NCBI GenBank assembly: GCA_046757165.1 | Contig: JBHHXT010000052.1 | Coordinates: forward strand, 1 to 26,942 | From: a bacterium | GTDB lineage: Bacteria; Zhuqueibacterota; Zhuqueibacteria; Oceanimicrobiales; Oceanimicrobiaceae | Direction: 5' to 3' | Length of the DNA: 26,942 bases | In this document: positions 9,745 to 17,264 of the stretch, piece by piece | How the letters are laid out: each line of letters opens with the position of its first letter | Position numbering within the stretch: position 1 is the stretch's first letter | Notes under the pieces: model-generated | The model's input: only the letters and a program-made list of their open reading frames with translations | The model's database searches: none | What the model was told of the DNA's origin: nothing | Translations under genes and position numbers: made by a program

Positions 9745-9877
9745 GGGGGTGTCCCAAAAGTCCGCTTTTCGTGTCATTCCCGCGAAAGCGGGAATCTATA
9801 AGCTATTGATGTTTCTGGATTCCTGCTTTCGCAGGAATGACAAATCGTGGCTCGTTTTTGACTTTTTGGACAGCCCC
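9745..9877. mobile_element. 133-bp MITE-like element with 18-bp TIRs and an internal dRS3/REP-like doublet
   Basis: GGGGGTGTCCCAAAAGTC (9745-9762) versus GACTTTTTGGACAGCCCC (9860-9877), 16/18. GTCATTCCCGCGAAAGCGGGAATC (9773-9796) with an inverted copy at 9818-9841. No clear target duplication. Confidence 0.75.
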
Positions 9878-9922
9878 GGTACAGGCAAACAAAGGTGCAC
9901 GAGGACAACATGAGATCGAAGC

Positions 9923-10627
9923 ATGAGACAATATGACGTCATCGCATTCGATGCGGACGACACGCTCTGGCACAATGAACCGCTGTATACCCTGACACAG
10001 GGCAAGTTTGTCGATTTGCTCGCGGGTTATCACGAGACCGAGTGGATAGAGCAGCGGCTCTACGAAACGGAAATTCGTAACCTGGAGTTGTTCGGCTACG
10101 GTGTCAAAGGGTTTACATTGTCCATGATTGAGACGGCCATTGAGTTGACCGAAGGTCGTATTCAGGGGCGCGAGATCGAGCAAATCATCTCGTATTGCAA
10201 GGGGATGCTGTGCGCGCCCGTTGAGCTTCTTGAGCATGTGAAAGAGACCGTTCCAGCTCTGGCAGCCAGTCACCGTCTGATGATCATCACCAAAGGAGAC
10301 TTGTTCGACCAGGAAGCGAAGATCGCGCGTTCAGGGTTGGCAGAGTATTTCGACATCATCGAGATTGTCAGCGAAAAGAGCGCCGAAACCTATCGCGCGA
10401 TCCTGGCGAAATATGAGCTGAACGCGCGCACCTTCCTGATGGTCGGCAATTCACTCAAGTCGGACATCTTACCCGTGCGGGAAATTGGCGCGCACGCGCT
10501 CTACGTTCCGTACGGCACGACATGGGTCCACGAACAGTTGTCCCCCGCGGAGATCCACGAAGAATATTTTGAGCTGGAACATATTGGTTTGTTGCCCGAG
10601 TTCCTGGTGGAAGGCGGGCTGACCTGA
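9923..10627 (+). CDS. HAD family hydrolase
   Basis: Motif I FDADDTLW, motif II ITKGD, and MVGNSLKSDI. Confidence 0.92.
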   Translation: MRQYDVIAFDADDTLWHNEPLYTLTQGKFVDLLAGYHETEWIEQRLYETEIRNLELFGYGVKGFTLSMIETAIELTEGRIQGREIEQIISYCKGMLCAPVELLEHVKETVPALAASHRLMIITKGDLFDQEAKIARSGLAEYFDIIEIVSEKSAETYRAILAKYELNARTFLMVGNSLKSDILPVREIGAHALYVPYGTTWVHEQLSPAEIHEEYFELEHIGLLPEFLVEGGLT

Positions 10628-10636
10628 CTCCGGGAG

Positions 10637-10730
10637 ATTCTTGATCTACTGTAGCCAAAACCTGAAATAAAAGGCTTCAGGCTGGAAGCCTGAGATACAG
10701 AGACATTCTTGACCTACTGCAACCAGAACC
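10637..10730. repeat. 26-bp imperfect direct repeat flanking a REP-like hairpin
   Basis: 10637-10662 versus 10705-10730 match at 22/26. Hairpin TCAGGCT-GGA-AGCCTGA at 10677-10693. Confidence 0.6.
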
Positions 10731-11141
10731 CCACCGCGACCCCGATGAACGTGGCCACCGCATAACCCAGCGTGCCACACAATATTGCGGGGATGACCAA
10801 AACGTGCCACTTTCGCGCTACCGCCATGGCCGCGGCCGTGGTTGGCCCTCCCATGTTTGCATTCGAGGCGATGACCAGCCCGCCAGATCGACCTTGAACA
10901 CCTTGCCGGCGGCGAGAAGAAAAGGCAAATGAACAAACAAGATCACAGCCGCAAACACGAATAGAACCGGCCCTCAGAACCGTCATCACGTTGGCGCTGG
11001 GGCCGATGACCACGAAGAAGATTTGCATCAGAAAGGTTCCAAGTTGGTTTTCTCGGCCCACATGCCAAACGTCGCCAGCGAAAGCAAAATGGCCCACAAT
11101 ATCCAGTGCTGCTGCTCAGGTACCAGGGGTGTCTCGAACAT
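10714..11141 (-). pseudogene. DUF819 family membrane protein pseudogene (large internal deletion plus frameshifts)
   Basis: RBS GGAGG and ATG 11141 give MFETPLVPEQQHWILWAILL..WAEKTNL. This is joined out of frame to the C-terminal LGTFLMQIFF...IASNANMGGPTTAAAMA...GTLGYAVATFIG. An internal TM helix lies in another frame. Confidence 0.8.
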
Positions 11142-11174
11142 TTCCTCCCTCCAATCTGTCGTCAGGCGGCTGCT

Positions 11175-12380
11175 TTATTTTACCAAAATCAGCTTCTGTG
11201 CCGCCGCAAAACCGTCGACCTGCAATCTGTAAATGTAAACTCCGCTCGCTTTCAAGCTGGCCTGCCAAACGACGGAGTGCTCGCCCGCCCGCATCTTTCC
11301 GTCGACAAGCACGGCGACTGAACGCCCGTTCAGATCATAAATCTCGAGGCTCACCTTCGATGTGTTCGCCAGTCTAAACCGGATGGTCGTCTCCGGGTTG
11401 AATGGATTTGGGTAGTTTTGAAAAAGCTGAAACGCGGCCAGGTGCGGTTGCGGGTTTGGCACCGAGGTCGTTTTTTTGCGCGGGTAGAAGTAAACATGGG
11501 CCGGGATAGCATTCGCTTCCTCGCTGACCGTGAAGTACCCGGTACTATCTGCGGCCCAGGCGACGGCTTCGCCCTGCGGCTCCCGAATGTATGGCACGAT
11601 GACCGGTTCCGCGGCCAGGGCCTCAAAAATGCTCTGCCCGGAGGTGCGGCACCAGTAGTAGATGGTGCCGTAGGTCTTGATGAGAATTTCCAGCCCGGAG
11701 GGCGAAATATCGCCGGCAACGGTTTCAAAGAAGTCGTCGCTTCGTTTCAGATCCAGCGTGGCACCGTGTTCGAGCACGATGGTCTCGCTGGTTGATTGCG
11801 GAAAGGCGGCCCGGTAGACGCGCACGCTATCTTCCTGTTTTGACACCAGATAAATATCCTTCGTCCAGGGGTCCACCATCAGGGTCTCGGCATCGCGCTT
11901 GCCGTCCGGGTATTGCACGATCAAACGCTCGAATTCAGCAATCGTGGCCTCCACTGGCGACTGATTGGCGTCGACCGGGGGTTCGGGGATTCGGTAGATA
12001 AACTTGAAGTCCTGCCTAGCCTGGTTGTCGCCGATATCGCCGACATAAAGGTAGTGCTGATTGTCCAGGGGCCCGGGTCCGATGGCCATATCTTCCCAAT
12101 CCCTCGCGGCCACCCCCTCGATGTGGTAGACGCCGAGATGTTTGCCAGTCGTGGACAGGGCAAACACGTCTGCTTCGCCACCTTTATCGTTGTGGGTCCA
12201 CAAAACGTTGCTGCTTTGGCGACTGGCGGCAAGACCGGAGGCCTCGCTCAGGGCATCGTGTTCGACCACTCCGAGGTCCTGGCGGTCGCCGAAATCCGGG
12301 TCTGTTGCGAACAGTGCCGGATCGAGCGCGGTGAGGGAGAAGGCGAGAATGAGAGGGGCAGTCCATGATGGCGTCTTCAT
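11175..12380 (-). CDS. Secreted protein with a probable beta-propeller and a C-terminal T9SS-A-like/FlgD-Ig sorting domain
   Basis: Signal peptide. EASGL, WTHND, DWED, GDIGDN, DAE and QGEA motifs. C-terminal QNYPNPFNP...SGVYIYRL...KLILVK. Confidence 0.85.
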   Translation of the reverse strand: MKTPSWTAPLILAFSLTALDPALFATDPDFGDRQDLGVVEHDALSEASGLAASRQSSNVLWTHNDKGGEADVFALSTTGKHLGVYHIEGVAARDWEDMAIGPGPLDNQHYLYVGDIGDNQARQDFKFIYRIPEPPVDANQSPVEATIAEFERLIVQYPDGKRDAETLMVDPWTKDIYLVSKQEDSVRVYRAAFPQSTSETIVLEHGATLDLKRSDDFFETVAGDISPSGLEILIKTYGTIYYWCRTSGQSIFEALAAEPVIVPYIREPQGEAVAWAADSTGYFTVSEEANAIPAHVYFYPRKKTTSVPNPQPHLAAFQLFQNYPNPFNPETTIRFRLANTSKVSLEIYDLNGRSVAVLVDGKMRAGEHSVVWQASLKASGVYIYRLQVDGFAAAQKLILVK

Positions 12381-12455
12381 GATGCGTCCTGTTTGTGTCT
12401 GCCAGATTTTTTTACCTACGAGTCCTTATTCCACAAAAACCATCTTGCGTACCGC

Positions 12456-12704
12456 TTACTCAGACACTTCGTCCAATGAAATTCCTTTGCCTTCACGTAA
12501 GCTTTTTCGTGCAGATTCAATCCGCCTTAAGAATCGTGGATCGTTTTCTAACCTGAAATCAAACCATGCATCCTCGTCTTTGAAACCAATCAGGACTCCC
12601 GCAGGGCGACCGTGACGGGTTATCACAATCTTCTCTGTTTCTGCTAATCGCAAGTATTCAGAAAAACGGTCTTTTATTTCTGACAAAGCAATTTTTTTCA
12701 TCAT
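12456..12704 (-). CDS. Phd/YefM family antitoxin
   Basis: K...SEYL...E.E.IVITRHGRPAGVL motif, 82 aa. ATGA overlap with the toxin stop. Confidence 0.9.
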   Translation of the reverse strand: MMKKIALSEIKDRFSEYLRLAETEKIVITRHGRPAGVLIGFKDEDAWFDFRLENDPRFLRRIESARKSLREGKGISLDEVSE

Positions 12705-13000
12705 TTCTCTCCAAATTTTTCAAGCCATAGAGGGGCTTGCGATTTTGGGACAATTGCTAAAACTTCAACTGCGAACTCAGTAACATCATAAAAGATCCGA
12801 AATTCACCGATCCGCAATCGGTATTGTGGGTGATTAACGGCTCTTAAGCGTTTAATTCTGCTTTTGCTGACTTGTTCCGGCTCAGGTCGTAAATGCATTT
12901 CAAGCGCATCACGAGTTGTGGCACGGTCCCTTGCGTTCAGGCGTTTAAAATCGTCCACCGCTTCCGGAGCACATATGATGTCATATCTCATTTTGGCCAT
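12701..13000 (-). CDS. RelE/ParE family toxin
   Basis: 99 aa, with A..D...L, IKRL and YRLRIGEFRIFY motifs. Confidence 0.9.
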   Translation of the reverse strand: MAKMRYDIICAPEAVDDFKRLNARDRATTRDALEMHLRPEPEQVSKSRIKRLRAVNHPQYRLRIGEFRIFYDVTEFAVEVLAIVPKSQAPLWLEKFGEK

Positions 13001-13040
13001 AATTTAGCCAGAAAGTGGCAACATAGCAAATGAAATCTTG

Positions 13041-13223
13041 GACATTAGTCATTAACGCTTCGCTGTCATTGACCAGGTGAATTTTTGCCGCTGTCCCAAA
13101 TGCCGCCGAAGGCAAATGACTTGATGACCTCTGACGGCCCTTGTCATTCGCTTCGCGTCATTCAGCCATTCAGACCAAAAAACACCTTCGGTGAAACTCG
13201 GTGCCTTCGGTGAACTTCAGTGG
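13041..13223. repeat. Cluster of short periodic palindromic repeats (GTCATT/AATGAC units and CTTCGGTG units)
   Basis: GTCATT..CGCTTCGC..GTCATT at ~13048-13070 and 13143-13162, an inverted related unit at ~13097-13129, and four (C)TTCGGTG-like units at 13183-13223. Confidence 0.6.
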
Positions 13224-13250
13224 ATAGCATGCGCCAATTTCTACCGGGTC

Positions 13251-13938
13251 TTACCGCACCAAAACCAGCTTCCGGCTTTGCTCCACCCGCCAGCCACCTG
13301 CGCGCTGAGCTTGTAAACATAAACCCCGCTGCCCACCTGCCGGCCCGCACCGTCCCGGCCATCCCAAACCACCGTGTGCTCACCCGGCGCTTGCTCGCCA
13401 AACAAAAATCTGCGCACCTCCTGGCCTTGTATTTGAGGGCGGCGTGGGCGTTGATGATTCCGTTACCTGAGCGCAAAGGATCAGGTGGGTTAAGCGCTGT
13501 TGCGGTCGATTTGATAATGTCCCGAACCGTTACATTAGTCAAATCAGGGTTAATCGACAGAATCAGGGCAGCGAGACCAGCTACGTACGGCGATGCGAAA
13601 GAGGTGCCAGCGTCAGTGCCATATGAATTGTCAGAAGCACCCGTAGCAACCCAAACATTTTTGCCGGGGGCGACAACCTCTGGCATCTCGGCCGTATAAT
13701 TGCTATCTTCGGCTAATTGTCCACTGGGATCGACAGAACCAACGGAAATCACGTCATTGAAAGCAGCAGGCCATACGTCGTCTTCAAACTGTGGCCATTT
13801 TGTCGTATCTATATTAGCGTTTCCAGACGGAGCCGTATAGACAATCCCAAGGCCTCCTCGACCATTGATTGCTCCAAATGATATCTCATCTCCGATCGGT
13901 GTGATAGAAGCGTTGATAAAAGATTGTTTAAGTATCAA
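13251..13938 (-). pseudogene. S8 (subtilisin) serine protease remnant fused out of frame to half of a FlgD-Ig/T9SS-like CTD
   Basis: SGN oxyanion segment, VISVGSV, VVAPG, catalytic GTSFASP, G.GIINA. No Asp/His catalytic segments. Other frames give QGQEVRR...VVWDGRD..G...GSGVYVYKL and QSRKLVLVR*. Confidence 0.8.
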
Positions 13939-13945
13939 AAATTTC

Positions 13946-13974
13946 TTGACTTTTTGGTCGTGACCTATTATCTT
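13946..13974 (+). promoter_or_regulatory. Sigma70-type promoter for the leader/tRNA-Val/thrS operon
   Basis: TTGACT (13946-13951), 17-bp spacer, TATCTT (13969-13974). Confidence 0.65.
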
Positions 13975-14066
13975 GAGATTTAAGGCGAACCCGGTAAGGT
14001 GAGTGGCACTTACATCCTGAAGTCAAGTCATTGCCAAAATATTTCAGTGCAATAAATAAAAGACTT

Positions 14067-14101
14067 AAAGCGTTGCCATTTTATTTATGGCACGCTTTTT
14101 T
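14067..14101 (+). terminator. Intrinsic terminator in the leader (putative attenuator)
   Basis: AAAGCGTTGCCAT / ATGGCACGCTTT stem with one bulge, ending in a six-T run. A competing helix pairs 14047-14061 with 14079-14093. Confidence 0.7.
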
Positions 14102-14112
14102 AGTTTGGTTCA

Positions 14113-14186
14113 GGGCGCTTAGCTCAGTTGGTTAGAGTACTTGCTTGACATGCAAGGGGTCACTGGTTCAAATCCAGTAGCGCCCA
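14113..14186 (+). tRNA. tRNA-Val(GAC), CCA not encoded
   Basis: Acceptor GGGCGCT/AGCGCCC, anticodon arm CTTGC-TTGACAT-GCAAG, T-loop TTCAAAT. Confidence 0.97.
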
Positions 14187-14218
14187 CTTTTTTTATGTAC
14201 ACGTGAGTCGCTCGAGGA

Positions 14219-16162
14219 ATGTCAGAAAACAACACGATACAGATACGATTCCCGGATGGAGACGCGAAGGTGTTCGCACGAGGCGTGCGGCCGCAGGACA
14301 TTCTGGAGGACATCGGCAGCCGCTCATTGATCGAGAAAGCGGTTGTTGCCAAAGTCAATGGCCGGCCGGTCGACTTGAATTACGCCATCTCGGAGGACGC
14401 CGACCTGCAATTGATCACCTGTGATGAACCTGAGGGGTTGAGTACCTATTGGCACAGCACCTCGCACATTATGGCGCATGCGATCAAGGAGCTCTATCCC
14501 GAAGCGCAGTTCGGAGTCGGACCCGCGATTGAGGGCGGCTTTTATTATGACGTCGATATCGACAGCCGGATTACCCCGGACGACCTGCAACGTATCGAGC
14601 AAAAGATGCAGGAGATCATCGCCGCGGACCGCCCGTTCCTGAGGGATGAGCACTCGAAGGAGGAAGCGATTGATCTGTTCACCAGGCGCGGTGACCAATA
14701 CAAACTCGAGCTGTTGCAGGATTTGGACGATGACCGGCCGAGCACGTATTCAGAGGGCGATTTCGTCGATTTGTGCCGCGGGCCCCATGTTCCTTCGACC
14801 GGGCGAATCAAGAGTTTCAGGCTTTTGAGCATCGCGGGCGCCTACTGGCGGGGCGATGAAAATAGGAAGATGCTGCAACGCATCTACGGGATTTCGTTCC
14901 CGAAGAAAAAACAGCTCGAGCACCACCTGTTCCTGCTCGAGGACGCCAAACGTCGGGACCACAGACGCCTAGGCAAGGAACTGGAGCTTTTCATGCTCAG
15001 CCCGAAAGTCGGCAGCGGCCTGCCCCTGTGGCTGCCGAAAGGCACGATTGTTCGGGAGACGCTCGAGGATTTCTTGAAGGAAGAACAACGGAAGCGTGGC
15101 TATTTGCCGGTGGTGACCCCTCACATTGGAAATCTGGAGCTGTACAAGACCAGCGGCCATTATCCTTACTACAAAGAGAGCCAGTTTGCACCACTGAAAT
15201 CAGACGAGCAAGAGTATTTGCTCAAGCCCATGAATTGTCCGCACCATTTCCAGATCTATGCTGTCAAGCCAAGAAGTTATCGGGACCTGCCCGTGCGGTT
15301 GGCGGAGTTCGGAACCGTATATCGGTATGAACAGACGGGTGAATTGAATGGTTTGACACGAGTCCGGTCTTTTACCGTCGATGATTCGCACATGTTTGTT
15401 CGGCAAGACCAGCTAAAGGATGAGCTCGTCGATGTCATCGACTTGATTCAACTGGTGTTCACGACCCTGGGATTCGAGGATTTCAAGACTCAGTTGTCCT
15501 TCCGGGACCCGAACGATAAGGAGAAATACGGCGGCAGCGACCGTTTGTGGGAGCAGGCTCAAAAAGATATCCAGGAGGCGGCGGACGCGAGCGGCCTGAG
15601 CTACGAGGTTGTGGAAGGTGAAGCAGCGTTTTATGGACCGAAGCTCGATTTTGTTATCAAAGATGTCCTGGGCCGAAGCTGGCAGTTAGGGACCGTGCAG
15701 GTGGACTACGTCATGCCAGAACGGTTTGAGCTGGAATATATTGGCGCGGACAACCGGCCACACCGTCCCGTGGTGGTTCATCGTGCCCCCTTCGGCTCGT
15801 TGGAACGGTTTATCGGTATTTTGATCGAGCATTTTGCTGGCGCATTTCCGGTATGGCTGGCGCCGGTTCAGGCGATTGTTTTGCCCATCTCTGATGATCA
15901 TCTTGAATATGCTCGAAAAATAGGCTCCCGGCTCAACGCAGAGAATATTCGAGCTCGCGTGGACCAGCGAAACGAAAAAGTTGGGTACAAGATCAGAGAA
16001 GCCGAAACACAGAAAATCCCATACATGTTGGTTGTCGGCAAGCAGGAGGTGGAAAACAACCAGGTCGCCGTCCGAAAGCGCAAAGTGGGTGACATGGGCA
16101 AAACAAGCCTCGATGATATCGTTCACACCATAAGGAAGGAAATCGAACAGAAATCGCACTAA
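14219..16162 (+). CDS. thrS: Threonine--tRNA ligase
   Basis: TGS domain, HSTSH, DLCRGPH, RDHRRLG, KPMNCPHH, AFYGPK, HRAPFGSLERF. Confidence 0.99.
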   Translation: MSENNTIQIRFPDGDAKVFARGVRPQDILEDIGSRSLIEKAVVAKVNGRPVDLNYAISEDADLQLITCDEPEGLSTYWHSTSHIMAHAIKELYPEAQFGVGPAIEGGFYYDVDIDSRITPDDLQRIEQKMQEIIAADRPFLRDEHSKEEAIDLFTRRGDQYKLELLQDLDDDRPSTYSEGDFVDLCRGPHVPSTGRIKSFRLLSIAGAYWRGDENRKMLQRIYGISFPKKKQLEHHLFLLEDAKRRDHRRLGKELELFMLSPKVGSGLPLWLPKGTIVRETLEDFLKEEQRKRGYLPVVTPHIGNLELYKTSGHYPYYKESQFAPLKSDEQEYLLKPMNCPHHFQIYAVKPRSYRDLPVRLAEFGTVYRYEQTGELNGLTRVRSFTVDDSHMFVRQDQLKDELVDVIDLIQLVFTTLGFEDFKTQLSFRDPNDKEKYGGSDRLWEQAQKDIQEAADASGLSYEVVEGEAAFYGPKLDFVIKDVLGRSWQLGTVQVDYVMPERFELEYIGADNRPHRPVVVHRAPFGSLERFIGILIEHFAGAFPVWLAPVQAIVLPISDDHLEYARKIGSRLNAENIRARVDQRNEKVGYKIREAETQKIPYMLVVGKQEVENNQVAVRKRKVGDMGKTSLDDIVHTIRKEIEQKSH

Positions 16163-16179
16163 AAGAAAGGGATTTTACC

Positions 16180-16689
16180 ATCAAGAGAAAAACGACGAAG
16201 GTCAATGACAAAATCGTTGCACCGAAGCTTCGGGTGATCGGTCTGGATGGCGAGCAGGTCGGCGTCATTGATAGAGACGAGGCCCTCGAGATGGCCAAAC
16301 GTCAGGGACTTGATTTGGTCGAGGTTGCAGCAGCAGCCTCTCCGCCTGTTTGCAAAATCATGGACTATGGGAAGTTCAAGTACAAGCAGAGCAAGAAAGA
16401 GAAACTAACCAAGAAAAAGCAGCACATTGTCAGCGTCAAGGAGATTCGGCTGCGCCCAAAAACAGAAGACCATGATTTCAACTTCAAGCTCGGTCATGCG
16501 CGTAAGTTCCTTGAAAAGGGCAACAAAGTCAAGGTGACCGTCCTCTTCCGCGGAAGAGAAATGGCCCACAAGGAATTTGCACAGAATTTATTGCGAAGAA
16601 TGTTTGACGGGCTCGAGGATATCGCCAAGGTGGAAAAAGAGCCGTCCATGGAAGGTCGTTTCATGATCATGTATCTATCAAAAAAATAA
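16180..16689 (+). CDS. infC: Translation initiation factor IF-3 (non-canonical ATC start)
   Basis: LDLVEV...PPVCKIMDYGKFKY and KVKVTVLFRGRE. The frame extends upstream through 'VNDKI' to ATC 16180, preceded by AAAGGGA. Confidence 0.95.
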   Translation: MKRKTTKVNDKIVAPKLRVIGLDGEQVGVIDRDEALEMAKRQGLDLVEVAAAASPPVCKIMDYGKFKYKQSKKEKLTKKKQHIVSVKEIRLRPKTEDHDFNFKLGHARKFLEKGNKVKVTVLFRGREMAHKEFAQNLLRRMFDGLEDIAKVEKEPSMEGRFMIMYLSKK

Positions 16690-16701
16690 GGGGTTGTAGA
16701 A

Positions 16702-16893
16702 ATGCCTAAGATGAAAACAAATCGCGGGGCCATGAAGCGATTCAAGCTGACCGGTTCTGGCAAGATCAAGAGGTCCAAGGCTGGCAAAAGCCACATCCTG
16801 ACCAAGAAGAACAGGAAAAGAAAAAGAGACTTGAGGACGTCCACACTGATTTCTAGGGCCGATGAACATCGAGTCAATCGAATGATATCTTAA
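16702..16893 (+). CDS. rpmI: 50S ribosomal protein L35
   Basis: MPKMKT...[10 protein letters not shown]...HIL.KK. Synteny. Confidence 0.98.
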   Translation: MPKMKTNRGAMKRFKLTGSGKIKRSKAGKSHILTKKNRKRKRDLRTSTLISRADEHRVNRMIS

Positions 16894-16904
16894 GCGGAGG
16901 AAGC

Positions 16905-17252
16905 ATGCCAAGAGCAACCTATAGTGTCCCGTCACACAGACGGCGCAAGAAGATTCTAAAACAAGCAAAGGGCTACCGTGGCGGCAAAAGTAAACTGATA
17001 CGCACGGCCATGGAAAGCGTTGACAAAGCATTACAATACGCGTACCGCGACAGACGGCAGAAGAAGCGCGATTTTCGCAGACTTTGGATCACGCGCATCA
17101 ATGCTGCCGTGCGTCTCAATGGGATGAACTATTCGAACTTCATCCAGGGGTTGAAGCGAAACAACGTTGAGGTGAACAGAAAGGTACTGGCTGACCTTGC
17201 CATCCAGGACCCTGAAGCGTTCAAGAGTCTGGTTCAAATTGCCCAAAACTAA
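16905..17252 (+). CDS. rplT: 50S ribosomal protein L20
   Basis: [38 protein letters not shown]. Confidence 0.99.
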   Translation: MPRATYSVPSHRRRKKILKQAKGYRGGKSKLIRTAMESVDKALQYAYRDRRQKKRDFRRLWITRINAAVRLNGMNYSNFIQGLKRNNVEVNRKVLADLAIQDPEAFKSLVQIAQN

Positions 17253-17264
17253 CGCCTGCGCTCT

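Noticed and set aside
5108..9757. Long antisense ORFs (5108-5995, 6619-7677, 7767-8369, 8648-9757)
   Set aside because: They shadow well-supported genes in GC-rich DNA and carry no motifs.
13981..14101. T-box, c-di-GMP-I riboswitch or Firmicutes L20 leader
   Set aside because: It is too short for a T-box and lacks TGGNACC. GGCGA..TTGCC resembles the c-di-GMP-I P1, but the GNRA/receptor arms are absent. I see no match to the L20 leader as I recall it.
14088..14104. Sigma54 promoter (TGGCACG)
   Set aside because: The -12 TTGC element is absent, and the sequence is explained by the terminator stem.
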